From a virus, in IMG/VR virus record IMGVR_UViG_3300009008_000005, positions 116,826 through 180,825 of that record: a stretch of 64,000 nucleotides of DNA; one strand, written 5' to 3'. Numbering within the stretch: position 1 is the first letter of the stretch; each line of letters starts with the position of its first letter. The translations under genes and the position numbers were made by a program. Below are positions 35,784 to 44,553 of the stretch, piece by piece. The notes beneath the pieces were generated by a model. That model did no database searches, had not been told where the DNA came from, and saw only the letters and a program-made list of their open reading frames with translations.

Positions 35784-36704
35784 TTACTTACGCAGTTTCG
35801 CAAGAATCTCTTGCTCGCTCTTACCGATACCCTTCTGTCCCTTAGCCGCACGTCCCTTTGCTGCACGGGCGTGGATTCCACGATTCATCGCAGAAGATCC
35901 GTAACCAAGGGCTCCACCTGCGGCTGCTCCACCGAGTCCTCCGAGGATAGCCTTCAGGGCCTTACCCTTAGCTGATCCACCGCCTGCGTGAGCGCCCAGG
36001 ACACCACCGAGCGTAGCACCGGAAATCGTAGGAGTGATAGCGTTGGTCAGGTACCTGGAGATGGGATAGGTCTTCTCGCCTTCCTCGGCCACCTTCACAC
36101 GGCCGATAAGGTCGTCGACATCCCAGCCCGCCTCAGCCAGCTTCTCAAGAGCACGGACGTTCAGAGCGTCGTCCAGCTGTCCCTCGTCGGCCTCTTCGCC
36201 ACGCTCTTCGCCGGTCGAAGGGTCGTAGCCAGCTGCGTCGAGGATCTCAAGGGCACGATCATCGGCGAGCTTCTCGAAGGAAGAGGCAGTCTTCTCTACA
36301 CCATGGGTAGAGATGTAGGCCTGTGCGAGTTTCTCCGCAGCTTCCTCATGTCCGTTATCATAGAGGGCCTGGAGAGCATCACGGGTCTCGTAGTCGACCT
36401 CGATCTGGTCTTCGTACATCGTCTCTTCTCCACTTGCGATCTTCTGTAGTTCGGTCCAAACCTCTGCGGCCATTTCCTTGGGAGAAGCTACCTTCTCCTG
36501 GTTCTCATCCTCTTCCAGGAGGCCCTGCTCACGGAGGTCCTCCACCACGGACTGCTCCAGAAGCTCCTTCTGGTCGTCCGACAGCTTTGTGATGTCCACT
36601 CCATACTGGCCTGCGAGCTTGTCGATGAAAGTGTCCTCGCTCGCCGTCTTCTGGAGTTCTTCCTTCCCTGCTCCCCAGATTGCGGTCATGATGTCTTCAC
36701 TCAT
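35784..36704 (-). CDS. scaffold-like repeat-family protein with glycine-rich C-terminus (306 aa)
   Basis: at least 7 K-x-A motifs; DDRALEILDAAGYD and ALNVRALEKLAEAGWD. Confidence 0.75.
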   Translation of the reverse strand: MSEDIMTAIWGAGKEELQKTASEDTFIDKLAGQYGVDITKLSDDQKELLEQSVVEDLREQGLLEEDENQEKVASPKEMAAEVWTELQKIASGEETMYEDQIEVDYETRDALQALYDNGHEEAAEKLAQAYISTHGVEKTASSFEKLADDRALEILDAAGYDPSTGEERGEEADEGQLDDALNVRALEKLAEAGWDVDDLIGRVKVAEEGEKTYPISRYLTNAITPTISGATLGGVLGAHAGGGSAKGKALKAILGGLGGAAAGGALGYGSSAMNRGIHARAAKGRAAKGQKGIGKSEQEILAKLRK

Positions 36705-36718
36705 TTCCCTAGTCCTCC

Positions 36719-37333
36719 TCAGTTAGTGCCGTAGTCAGGGTGCTTCGGAGCCCAAGACTTCTTACCAGAAGAATTTGGTCCTAGATTTGGTGTTGCCGTG
36801 ATTTTATGCTTGTTGGGCATGTACTTTCCCTTCGATGCCATGGTGACACCCTGTGCAGGAATCCTCACACCCATCTGTGGATACTTCGCAGCTTCTTTCA
36901 TCAGAATTGATGCCACCTTCTCAGCGTCGTACCCGGCGTCATCGATCATCTCAAGAGCCCTGACGTTCAGAGCATCCTCAAAGGGCTCCGATTCCTCGGC
37001 ACCCTCCAAATTCTCTACGGCCACCTTCATCAGCTCTTCCGCACGAGCGTAAGCGAGCTTCTCGAAGTTGGCATCGGCTGCGAACTTCATGCGGTGGACA
37101 GAAGTGCCTGTGTTCACGAATTGTCCCCGCTTCTCGTCCTTGTCATTCTTGGGGGGCATCTTCGTGCACATGTCTGCCAGACCCTGGATCGCACTAGGCA
37201 TCGGAGTCGAAGGACTTTCCTTCGGACTGCCACTGGTTCCAGTGACAGCAATTTTCTCCAGCCTTTCCTGGGCCATCTTTTCGAGGGCATCAAGACCCTC
37301 TTCGGTGTACAGCTCCGTGAGCTTGGAACTCAT
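36719..37333 (-). CDS. scaffold-like repeat-family protein (204 aa)
   Basis: FEKLAYARAEELMKVAVENLE...ALNVRALEMIDDAGYD; GAGGAGG SD. Confidence 0.7.
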   Translation of the reverse strand: MSSKLTELYTEEGLDALEKMAQERLEKIAVTGTSGSPKESPSTPMPSAIQGLADMCTKMPPKNDKDEKRGQFVNTGTSVHRMKFAADANFEKLAYARAEELMKVAVENLEGAEESEPFEDALNVRALEMIDDAGYDAEKVASILMKEAAKYPQMGVRIPAQGVTMASKGKYMPNKHKITATPNLGPNSSGKKSWAPKHPDYGTN

Positions 37334-37451
37334 GCGGACCTCCTCTACAAAGTTTAGTGGAATTCTTCGTCGTAGATCGGAACCCGTATTACAAGTTCCA
37401 TTGGGGGCCTACCTTCCGGTCACTACGGCCCAGGAGTCCTTAGCATACAAC

Positions 37452-40088
37452 CTACACCACAAATCTGGCAAGTCGGGACAAGACACTTTTTATTGCGTCC
37501 GAATTAGCTGCTGCCCCAGCCACGGTGGAGGTAGTTAGCACAGGATGGTGTGCTACGAACTTCTCTAGTGGATTCAAGGACATGTGCTTCTTCTCTTTCG
37601 TACGCAGGTGAGCGCTGTATAGGTAAACAAGAGGTAGGAGAGCTGCCCACCAAGGCACAGAACCTGCCGCTTCTTTATGTAGGTGAGAGGTTTTTATTTT
37701 CCCACCCTGTAGGACTCTAGCGATGCTATTCAAGAGATTCATCCTGTAATCCATGTACAGGGAGCTAAGTAACTTTTCCTGTCCCCCACCCAGAGGGAGA
37801 GAGGTGCCCATGGGGTGGGCATTGGACAAGATAGTGATCCTATTGACGATGCAAGGTGTGCTAGCTGCACGTCCCTGCATGAAGTCTGAAGGTAGATTGA
37901 ATCCGAATCCCGTAGGGCCTGGGCTGAGTACCCTAGCCCCTAGGGGAGAACCAATCGGACGGAAGACAGTATTTCGCCGAAATAGTGACTCCGCTAGAGA
38001 CGGGCTCTTCTTGGCTGTGATCAGGAACTGGAACTCCGAAGGCTTGGCTACTACACCCTGGTCAGCCAGTAAACCTAGTGCGTCCCCAACATCATACTTA
38101 CACAGCCTGCGGAGAGCAGGTAGCGGGAGATCCTGTTCCTTATCGAAGATCGGGCCCAGGTGTTCCGATAGCTCCGGGATCTCTTTGACGATAGTAGAAA
38201 CCTTCGCCGCAGCCACCTTAGGTGCTGCTAGAGACGCAGCTACCTTCTCCAATACGAAGGAAGTCTTGTCTGCGCCGACCATGACGAAGGAGATGTCGAA
38301 GAATCTTGGGTTCGGGTTATAGACGAAGACCTTGCGTCCGTCAGGGAGCACCTGATTCATCTGGTTGAGTGCGTGCCTACAGTAGTCCTTACGGGTCTTC
38401 GACTTGTTGCCACAGATGGAGCAGGTATCGTACTTGACCTTACAGTTGTGGACTGCGGTGCGAGCAGCTACATAACTCTCGTCACCCTCAACGGAGAAGT
38501 TGTAGACGTCCCCTACCCATTCTGGGTCTTCCGAGATATCCCTGACCTTCGAGATCAGGTACTTGGTGCCTTCGTGGGTCAAGAAGAATCTGCGTGAGTT
38601 CAAAGCCCTCCCACGGTGTACGGGCTTCCTCGTCAAGTGCGACAACTTCCAAGAAGTGTCAGTACCAACCCAGACCTGATACTCCACTGTCTCGATGTTG
38701 ACTAGGTCGTTCGGCTTGTGGTGGTTTACATTGATGCTGGCCTTCATCTCGCAGCGTGCCAGCATCGTGAATAGCTGCTCGGCCAGGGACTTGTTGCAAG
38801 TAGAGTAGTAGAGGGAGCCCTTGTAGGCCCCGCCATCACCGTTGGCATACGCACCTAGGAACACGGCCTGTGCCTCTGGTGGTGCGTGCATGATGTCAAG
38901 GCCGAGACGCTTTTCATGCGCACCTCGCCCAACATGTGTATTGCAGAGGTGGGCAATACCGGCGTCGTACAGATAGGCCGAGTACGCTGCGGCTCCCTCA
39001 CGTGGACGCCAACCTACTACGTTACGGATACCCATCCGCTCACGCAGTTCATCCAACTCCTCGATGATGTACATATCATCCTCGGACAAGGTGAACTCTA
39101 CCCCACAGGGTAGATGGTTCTTGTCCCACAGGATGTGCCCCTCTGCTGCGTAGTAACCGAGAAAACGCATTTGGTCGTGGGTGAGTACGTCTCGCTCTTC
39201 GGAGGGGATAGGGAACCCTACGTAATCCCCCACCTCCAGCTCATCCGCTCTCTTCCAGGAAAACGAAGCAGCTATGCTAGTCCTAGTACACCCCTCGCAT
39301 GTCCCACGTAGGGTGTTCAAGCTAGGGGCGCACACAGTTTTTACCCTCTGCCCACCCTTTGAGGGCTTACCCCCACACCGTAGCTCGGATGAACCCAACA
39401 CCCAATACGGATGCTCCTCGGTGACCTCTACCTCCGGACACCCATCAATCTTGACGTGCAGCTTACCTGTATGCTGGTGAGACATTACATCGGTCACAGC
39501 AGCAGACGCACCAGTATGGGTGAGTACGAGATCCCCCACCCGAATCTCCTCAATGGGGCGAAGAGACCCGTCCTCCATAGTAATGTCTGTACCAGCCGTG
39601 AAACAGCCCATGGAGACAGGGACATGCTCACCCTTCTCCAGAGCTTCAACCAAGGACTCATGTCCTACGTCACGGGCCTTCTTCTTATCTACTTCGATGA
39701 CAAGCTCTACCCGGTGCATCTCCGGATTATAGATGGCTAGCACCACGCTGCCGAGGCTCTTCGCCTTATCCTTATTTACATGGTGCCTATACACACCTGC
39801 GAGGGGGAAGGTCGTGTATCCGTATCTGGAATCGGGGTTGAGGAGTTCCTTCTCTTCGAAGTAGTCCCCATTGACATTGGCCCCGTAGTACTCACCTGCC
39901 CCCAGAGCTGAAACGATGACATAGATCTTGTTCGGGGACTTCTTCAGGTTGTCCAGGAACTTCTTCAGCTTAGGGTGATACTTCTTAGCTGCGGCCAGCT
40001 TCAACAGAGGCTCACCAGGAGCATAGGCCTCTGTGAAGATCTGTCCTGTTTCCGGGTCCATCCCCGGGAAATGAAGTTCCTTGTACAT
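37452..40088 (-). CDS. putative prohead maturation protease, intein-containing (878 aa precursor)
   Basis: RHH...VSMG|C-KVKYDTCSICG...FFDISFV extein pattern; upstream of the scaffold and capsid genes. Confidence 0.65.
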   Translation of the reverse strand: MYKELHFPGMDPETGQIFTEAYAPGEPLLKLAAAKKYHPKLKKFLDNLKKSPNKIYVIVSALGAGEYYGANVNGDYFEEKELLNPDSRYGYTTFPLAGVYRHHVNKDKAKSLGSVVLAIYNPEMHRVELVIEVDKKKARDVGHESLVEALEKGEHVPVSMGCFTAGTDITMEDGSLRPIEEIRVGDLVLTHTGASAAVTDVMSHQHTGKLHVKIDGCPEVEVTEEHPYWVLGSSELRCGGKPSKGGQRVKTVCAPSLNTLRGTCEGCTRTSIAASFSWKRADELEVGDYVGFPIPSEERDVLTHDQMRFLGYYAAEGHILWDKNHLPCGVEFTLSEDDMYIIEELDELRERMGIRNVVGWRPREGAAAYSAYLYDAGIAHLCNTHVGRGAHEKRLGLDIMHAPPEAQAVFLGAYANGDGGAYKGSLYYSTCNKSLAEQLFTMLARCEMKASINVNHHKPNDLVNIETVEYQVWVGTDTSWKLSHLTRKPVHRGRALNSRRFFLTHEGTKYLISKVRDISEDPEWVGDVYNFSVEGDESYVAARTAVHNCKVKYDTCSICGNKSKTRKDYCRHALNQMNQVLPDGRKVFVYNPNPRFFDISFVMVGADKTSFVLEKVAASLAAPKVAAAKVSTIVKEIPELSEHLGPIFDKEQDLPLPALRRLCKYDVGDALGLLADQGVVAKPSEFQFLITAKKSPSLAESLFRRNTVFRPIGSPLGARVLSPGPTGFGFNLPSDFMQGRAASTPCIVNRITILSNAHPMGTSLPLGGGQEKLLSSLYMDYRMNLLNSIARVLQGGKIKTSHLHKEAAGSVPWWAALLPLVYLYSAHLRTKEKKHMSLNPLEKFVAHHPVLTTSTVAGAAANSDAIKSVLSRLARFVV
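38445..39605 (-). mobile_element. intein with LAGLIDADG homing endonuclease (387 aa)
   Basis: starts CFTAGTDITMEDGS; block B VTEEHPY; FLGYYAAEG and FLGAYANGDG; ends VYNFSVEGDESYV...VHN before Cys+1. Confidence 0.93.
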
Positions 40089-40089
40089 G

Positions 40090-40662
40090 CTAGACCAGCC
40101 CCATCTCCATGACGCCCCTGATGGAACTCGGGATACTCTTGATGTACTCACCCTTACCGTGAGACCTGCTCTTCGCATCCATCAGGTTCTTCTGGATCTG
40201 GCTCAAGGACGATACGTCAGCCATGGGCAGTCCGATGTCCTTGAAGTCCTTCATCCTACGTACGAAGGCACCTGCGGCAAGAGGATCCTTAGATACCTCG
40301 GGGGAGAACCTACGTAGAGTCTTGAAGTACTTCTCTGTGGCCTTCGGGGTCTTGGCGAGATCAGGGTTGCCCTTCAGCATGCCCTTGTACGAAGAACGAT
40401 ACTTCAGCTTGTCTTCTACCGCATCCACTCCAGATGCTGCAGCTCCAAGACCTACACCGAGGCCACCACCTACAGCAGCCGCACCCAACGCACGACGCCA
40501 GGGGCTCTTCGCAGCCTTGTCTGCCTTCTGCATCTCGGAAAGCACCTTATGGATCTTCTCCATGCCTTTGGTCATAGGCCCATTGAAGATCTGCGACCAG
40601 GTAGGACCGGCTGTCTTATCGAAAGCTGCCCTCGCATGTAGCAAATTCTGGGAGGTAATCAT
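40090..40662 (-). CDS. basic protein with glycine-rich hydrophobic segment (190 aa)
   Basis: DKTAG; LGAAAVGGGLGVGLGAAA. Confidence 0.7.
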   Translation of the reverse strand: MITSQNLLHARAAFDKTAGPTWSQIFNGPMTKGMEKIHKVLSEMQKADKAAKSPWRRALGAAAVGGGLGVGLGAAASGVDAVEDKLKYRSSYKGMLKGNPDLAKTPKATEKYFKTLRRFSPEVSKDPLAAGAFVRRMKDFKDIGLPMADVSSLSQIQKNLMDAKSRSHGKGEYIKSIPSSIRGVMEMGLV

Positions 40663-40663
40663 C

Positions 40664-41188
40664 TTAGAAACCACCTTGCTCTGAGGGGAGAGGTGAGTAC
40701 CCACCCCGTGCTTGTGCCTGCTGCCGTCGCATAGCAGCAATCTGTGCCTGCTGCTGTGGGGTGTACTGTTGCCCGACCTGCTTACGGGATTTATTCAGCA
40801 TGTAAGCCGCCGCTACACCTCCACCAACACCAACAGGGTGTTTGTGTGCGAAGCCAGCTAGGCCACCTACAGTCTGCTTGCGCATCGCAGGTACTTTCTT
40901 TCCGTCCAGGTTGATCATCCGGACGAGCTTCCTCTTCTCGGGGTCGGCTAGCATCTCGTTAGCCTTAGACCTGGAGAGGCCCTTCCAGGATTTGAGGTCG
41001 CCTGCACGTCCCTTGTAGCGTCGGTATGAACCTTTGAACGGTCCACGGATAGCCTTTCTACCTATGAGAAGATCCTTCACGATCCCACCGGACGGACGGA
41101 ATACCGCATCGGTAAGGAACTTGCCCAAGGCTCTCCCAAAGGCTAGCTTCACCCTCTCGTCTGAGTAGGTAAGGCTACTTGACGCCAT
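40664..41188 (-). CDS. basic protein with glycine-rich segment (174 aa)
   Basis: VKLAF; VGVGGGVAAAYML; Q-rich tail. Confidence 0.7.
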   Translation of the reverse strand: MASSSLTYSDERVKLAFGRALGKFLTDAVFRPSGGIVKDLLIGRKAIRGPFKGSYRRYKGRAGDLKSWKGLSRSKANEMLADPEKRKLVRMINLDGKKVPAMRKQTVGGLAGFAHKHPVGVGGGVAAAYMLNKSRKQVGQQYTPQQQAQIAAMRRQQAQARGGYSPLPSEQGGF

Positions 41189-41960
41189 CCAACAGCTCCT
41201 TTGCCTTTGCCTCAGCTTCGCCCCTCACCTTGATGTAGTTCGCAGCGGACTTGGCGCACTCTTTCGCCTTCTTGACGAGAGGGTGGTTGTCGTTCGGGAT
41301 TGAACTCTCGCCGAACCTGTGACGGACCTCGACACCTTGTACATGAGCGCATGCGGATTTCACGAGGTCCGTGTGCACACCAGAGTTGCGCAGGGCCTTT
41401 GCGATATCCTCGGGAGAACCTTCCTCGTCCTCCACAGCTTCTCCCACCATGCGCTGCAGTTCCGCCACCTTATTGATGGCGTCACTCTGTGCATCTTCTA
41501 CACCCGTACGGAGATTCTCCGCCATCTGCTTTAGTTCAGATGCGGACATCACCTGACCATCAGACTCCACCTCTTCCGTAACCCCGAAGAGAGCTGACGC
41601 AAGCTTCTCTGTATCGAAGTTCTCGGACCCGGCGATATACCGCTGGGACTCCAGCATAGGTACGGAGGCTGTCTTCGTGGTGTCACCGGGTTCAGCCATA
41701 GGGAATGTGACGTATCCTGGGTCACGCTGGAAGATCTGCTGGAATGCAGAATTATTAGCGTACTCAGACACCCTCTTTTGCTGCTCTGGGTTGAGATCGT
41801 GCTCCGAAGCCATCTTCTCGATGGTGTCGGTCATGCTCTTCCCATCAGAGACCAGGGCCTCCGCAGCTTCTTTGGCCAGGTTCTTGTAGAACCCGTCGTC
41901 CTTATGAGGAGTCAATACACCGCTGGAAGCGGTCAGGAAGTCAGATAGTGGATTACTCAT
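41175..41960 (-). CDS. K-x-A motif putative head protein (261 aa)
   Basis: GGAGGT SD; KEAA, EKMAS, KTAS, EKLAS. Confidence 0.7.
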   Translation of the reverse strand: MSNPLSDFLTASSGVLTPHKDDGFYKNLAKEAAEALVSDGKSMTDTIEKMASEHDLNPEQQKRVSEYANNSAFQQIFQRDPGYVTFPMAEPGDTTKTASVPMLESQRYIAGSENFDTEKLASALFGVTEEVESDGQVMSASELKQMAENLRTGVEDAQSDAINKVAELQRMVGEAVEDEEGSPEDIAKALRNSGVHTDLVKSACAHVQGVEVRHRFGESSIPNDNHPLVKKAKECAKSAANYIKVRGEAEAKAKELLDGVK

Positions 41961-42008
41961 GGAATCACCTCCGTACACGACAATCGTACGTTTTCATGAG
42001 CAAAGGTG

Positions 42009-43670
42009 TCAAGACGGCACCCTTTGCTGGTTCTGTGCGAACTCTACACTTCCGTGTAGCAGGTCCGGTCTTGGCCACTTCACCATGCTACCTACGAGGC
42101 AGTACAGAGCGGAGTGGAAGGAATCATCGGTAGCATTCAGCTCTCGATTGTACATGAGCACTCTTCGGGTTTCGTGCCACTCACTGGTAATAGCCAGGAT
42201 GTCATCGCCGAAGGGCTCTTGGAACTCGTCCCACCTAGGGAAGTTCACCTCGTTGTGCTTGATTGCAGAGAAGAGCATGCTCATAAGCTCCGACCTCTGC
42301 ATCAAGAATCGGCCCAGTTTGTTCTCCCAGCGGATGAAGTCATTCACATCAGCGTACTGGTACTTCACGATCCGGTTAGCACCGAACTCCCGCTGTAGCT
42401 CGTCGTTCTGCTCGAAGCCACCACCATAGTCGCAGCCCACGACATCCAGGTTGAACCTACGAATGAGGTTCTTCACACCAGACATCCTACGCCGAGGCTC
42501 AGCCTCACGACCGGTGAACCTCTTGAAGTAGACGTAGGTGAACTTCCCGTTGATGTACGTCGCCACGGACATGACCGTGTAGCTGTTCTCGGCAGTTCCC
42601 CAGTCGATCCCACCAAAGGTTGGGTTGTGGACGCTATACGTGTCCAGCCATGCGGGGTTGAAGGGAATGTCTTTGTTGTACATGGACACGGTGGGGCTAC
42701 ACACGGCCTGCAGTTCCGCAGTAGTGATGGGCTTGGTCCCAATATCGTACGGTCTCGCTAGGACCTCGTTCACGAAGCGGTGCCTTGGGTACCGGGCCCT
42801 CTTGTCCAGCATGTCAGCCCAGACAACCATGGGAGTAATCATCTGCGGGATCCGGTAACCCTCGAATGGGATAGGAACCTTCGGCTTAGGATTCCTGGAG
42901 ACCCACTGGGCATCCTTATGGTCGGGGTTGATCAGCTCCCCGCACTTCGCACAAGACAGACCCTTCTCCCCGATGTTGTGCTCATCAGGTATATTCCAGA
43001 ATCTATAGCCAGCCTTCTTGCTCCCGCATGCATCGCAGGGAATCGCCCACTCGTTCTGGGTAGAAGACTTCGTCCAGACCTGAGCGATAGTGTTCGTGTG
43101 GGTCAGCGGTGTACCTGCGTACCTCATCACCTTATGCTTTGAGGTGAACAGGGTCTCCTCGATAACCGGGAGGAGATCCAGGAGCATGTCCTGAAGTTCG
43201 TCCACGGCCAGCATGTCAGCCATCTTTCCACGAATGGAGTCTGCGTTCAGGTAGGCAGATGCAATCCTAAGGTTCGACCCACTAGCGAACTCCTTGTAGT
43301 AGGTATTGTCGTTCGCTCCCCAGTTACTCTGGAACTGCTTGAGAATGTCGGAGTATGCGATGGGCTGCTTGATGCGGTCACGGCTGAAGGTCTGTGCCTG
43401 GTTCTGCCTTGGAGCTACATAGATAGCCTGGAAGAAGGGACGGAGGATTAGGTTCACGAGCATGATGTTGCCTAGGCTCGTTGACTTGTGTACCTGCCGT
43501 CCACAGAGGAGGAGAACACGGGAAGCAATCGTATCGTAGATCTGGTAGAGGTAGCGGCAGTCGGCAATAGAGAAGCGTTCAAGGCCCTCACGACCGGGAA
43601 TCTGGAATACAGACTCCACGAACTTTGAGGGTGTTACCTCTACTCGCTTTTCTAGTTTGGCTGCTTGCAT
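42009..43670 (-). CDS. terL: terminase large subunit (553 aa)
   Basis: LLCGRQVHKST Walker A, LAVDELQD Walker B, YAGTP motif III, nuclease GGIDWG, GCDYGG and DDSFHS. Confidence 0.9.
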   Translation of the reverse strand: MQAAKLEKRVEVTPSKFVESVFQIPGREGLERFSIADCRYLYQIYDTIASRVLLLCGRQVHKSTSLGNIMLVNLILRPFFQAIYVAPRQNQAQTFSRDRIKQPIAYSDILKQFQSNWGANDNTYYKEFASGSNLRIASAYLNADSIRGKMADMLAVDELQDMLLDLLPVIEETLFTSKHKVMRYAGTPLTHTNTIAQVWTKSSTQNEWAIPCDACGSKKAGYRFWNIPDEHNIGEKGLSCAKCGELINPDHKDAQWVSRNPKPKVPIPFEGYRIPQMITPMVVWADMLDKRARYPRHRFVNEVLARPYDIGTKPITTAELQAVCSPTVSMYNKDIPFNPAWLDTYSVHNPTFGGIDWGTAENSYTVMSVATYINGKFTYVYFKRFTGREAEPRRRMSGVKNLIRRFNLDVVGCDYGGGFEQNDELQREFGANRIVKYQYADVNDFIRWENKLGRFLMQRSELMSMLFSAIKHNEVNFPRWDEFQEPFGDDILAITSEWHETRRVLMYNRELNATDDSFHSALYCLVGSMVKWPRPDLLHGSVEFAQNQQRVPS

Positions 43671-43686
43671 TATTTCGCCGAAATAC

Positions 43687-44553
43687 CTAGCCCTTCCCTG
43701 GAGCAGCCTGTTGCTGCGGTGGGGGTGGGATGTTACCTGGGCGAGCAGGTCCTGAGCCAGTCATACCAGTGTTACCGGTATTCATGGTCTTGTTTGCCGC
43801 CTGCATCGGGGCCTTAGGTGGAGGGGGAACAGAAGGTTTTTCTGTGTAGGCCTTCTGCGCATCCCCGGACACCTGACTGGACATTCCGCCGTAGGTATAG
43901 GCGTACTTTGCCTTGAAGACATCATTGTAGAACCTGTGCTGATCCCTGGAACCGGCCCTACCCATTTGGACCTTCATGTGAGGGCGCTTGGAGCCACGAG
44001 TAAACTGGTCCATGTCCCGTGTGTAGCCTTTGGTCTTGAATAGCTTGCGGAAGAACCCCTTAGGCTTACCTTCACGTCGGAAGGCTAGAGTAGCGAAGTC
44101 ATCAGGGTGCTTCGTCTTGTACTTCTTCCGCACGGACTGGAGGGTAGCTCCCTTTTCTCCTAGTAGAGACTGGAGGTACTTCTTCTTCCCTGTAGTGGCC
44201 GGGTCTTTATCTGTTCCAATGAACAGGCCACCGGATGTAGTACGGATATCGTTCTTGTCCCTGCGCTTGAATATCCTACCTCCCTTGCGGGTGACTACGA
44301 GGTCTGCGATCTTCCGTAGGCTAGCCATCTTCGTCTGACTGAAGGGCTTCATCTTTGGGACCGCCGGAGGAGGAGCCATTGGAGCCACACCAGGATTTAC
44401 GTTTGGTACGGATGGGGGCGGGGCTTTGGGACCGGCCCCGGCACCCGGGACTTTGATACCTGCGGGCGCTGCACCAATCCCTTTTGGTGGGGCTGGGGGC
44501 TTGACGGGCTTGAAGGTTGCCGCCGCAACTTTGAGCCAATGTTCTTTAACCAT
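43687..44553 (-). CDS. basic P/K-rich K-x-A motif protein (288 aa)
   Basis: GAGGA SD; LKVAA, TKMASLRKIAD, AKYAY. Confidence 0.65.
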   Translation of the reverse strand: MVKEHWLKVAAATFKPVKPPAPPKGIGAAPAGIKVPGAGAGPKAPPPSVPNVNPGVAPMAPPPAVPKMKPFSQTKMASLRKIADLVVTRKGGRIFKRRDKNDIRTTSGGLFIGTDKDPATTGKKKYLQSLLGEKGATLQSVRKKYKTKHPDDFATLAFRREGKPKGFFRKLFKTKGYTRDMDQFTRGSKRPHMKVQMGRAGSRDQHRFYNDVFKAKYAYTYGGMSSQVSGDAQKAYTEKPSVPPPPKAPMQAANKTMNTGNTGMTGSGPARPGNIPPPPQQQAAPGKG

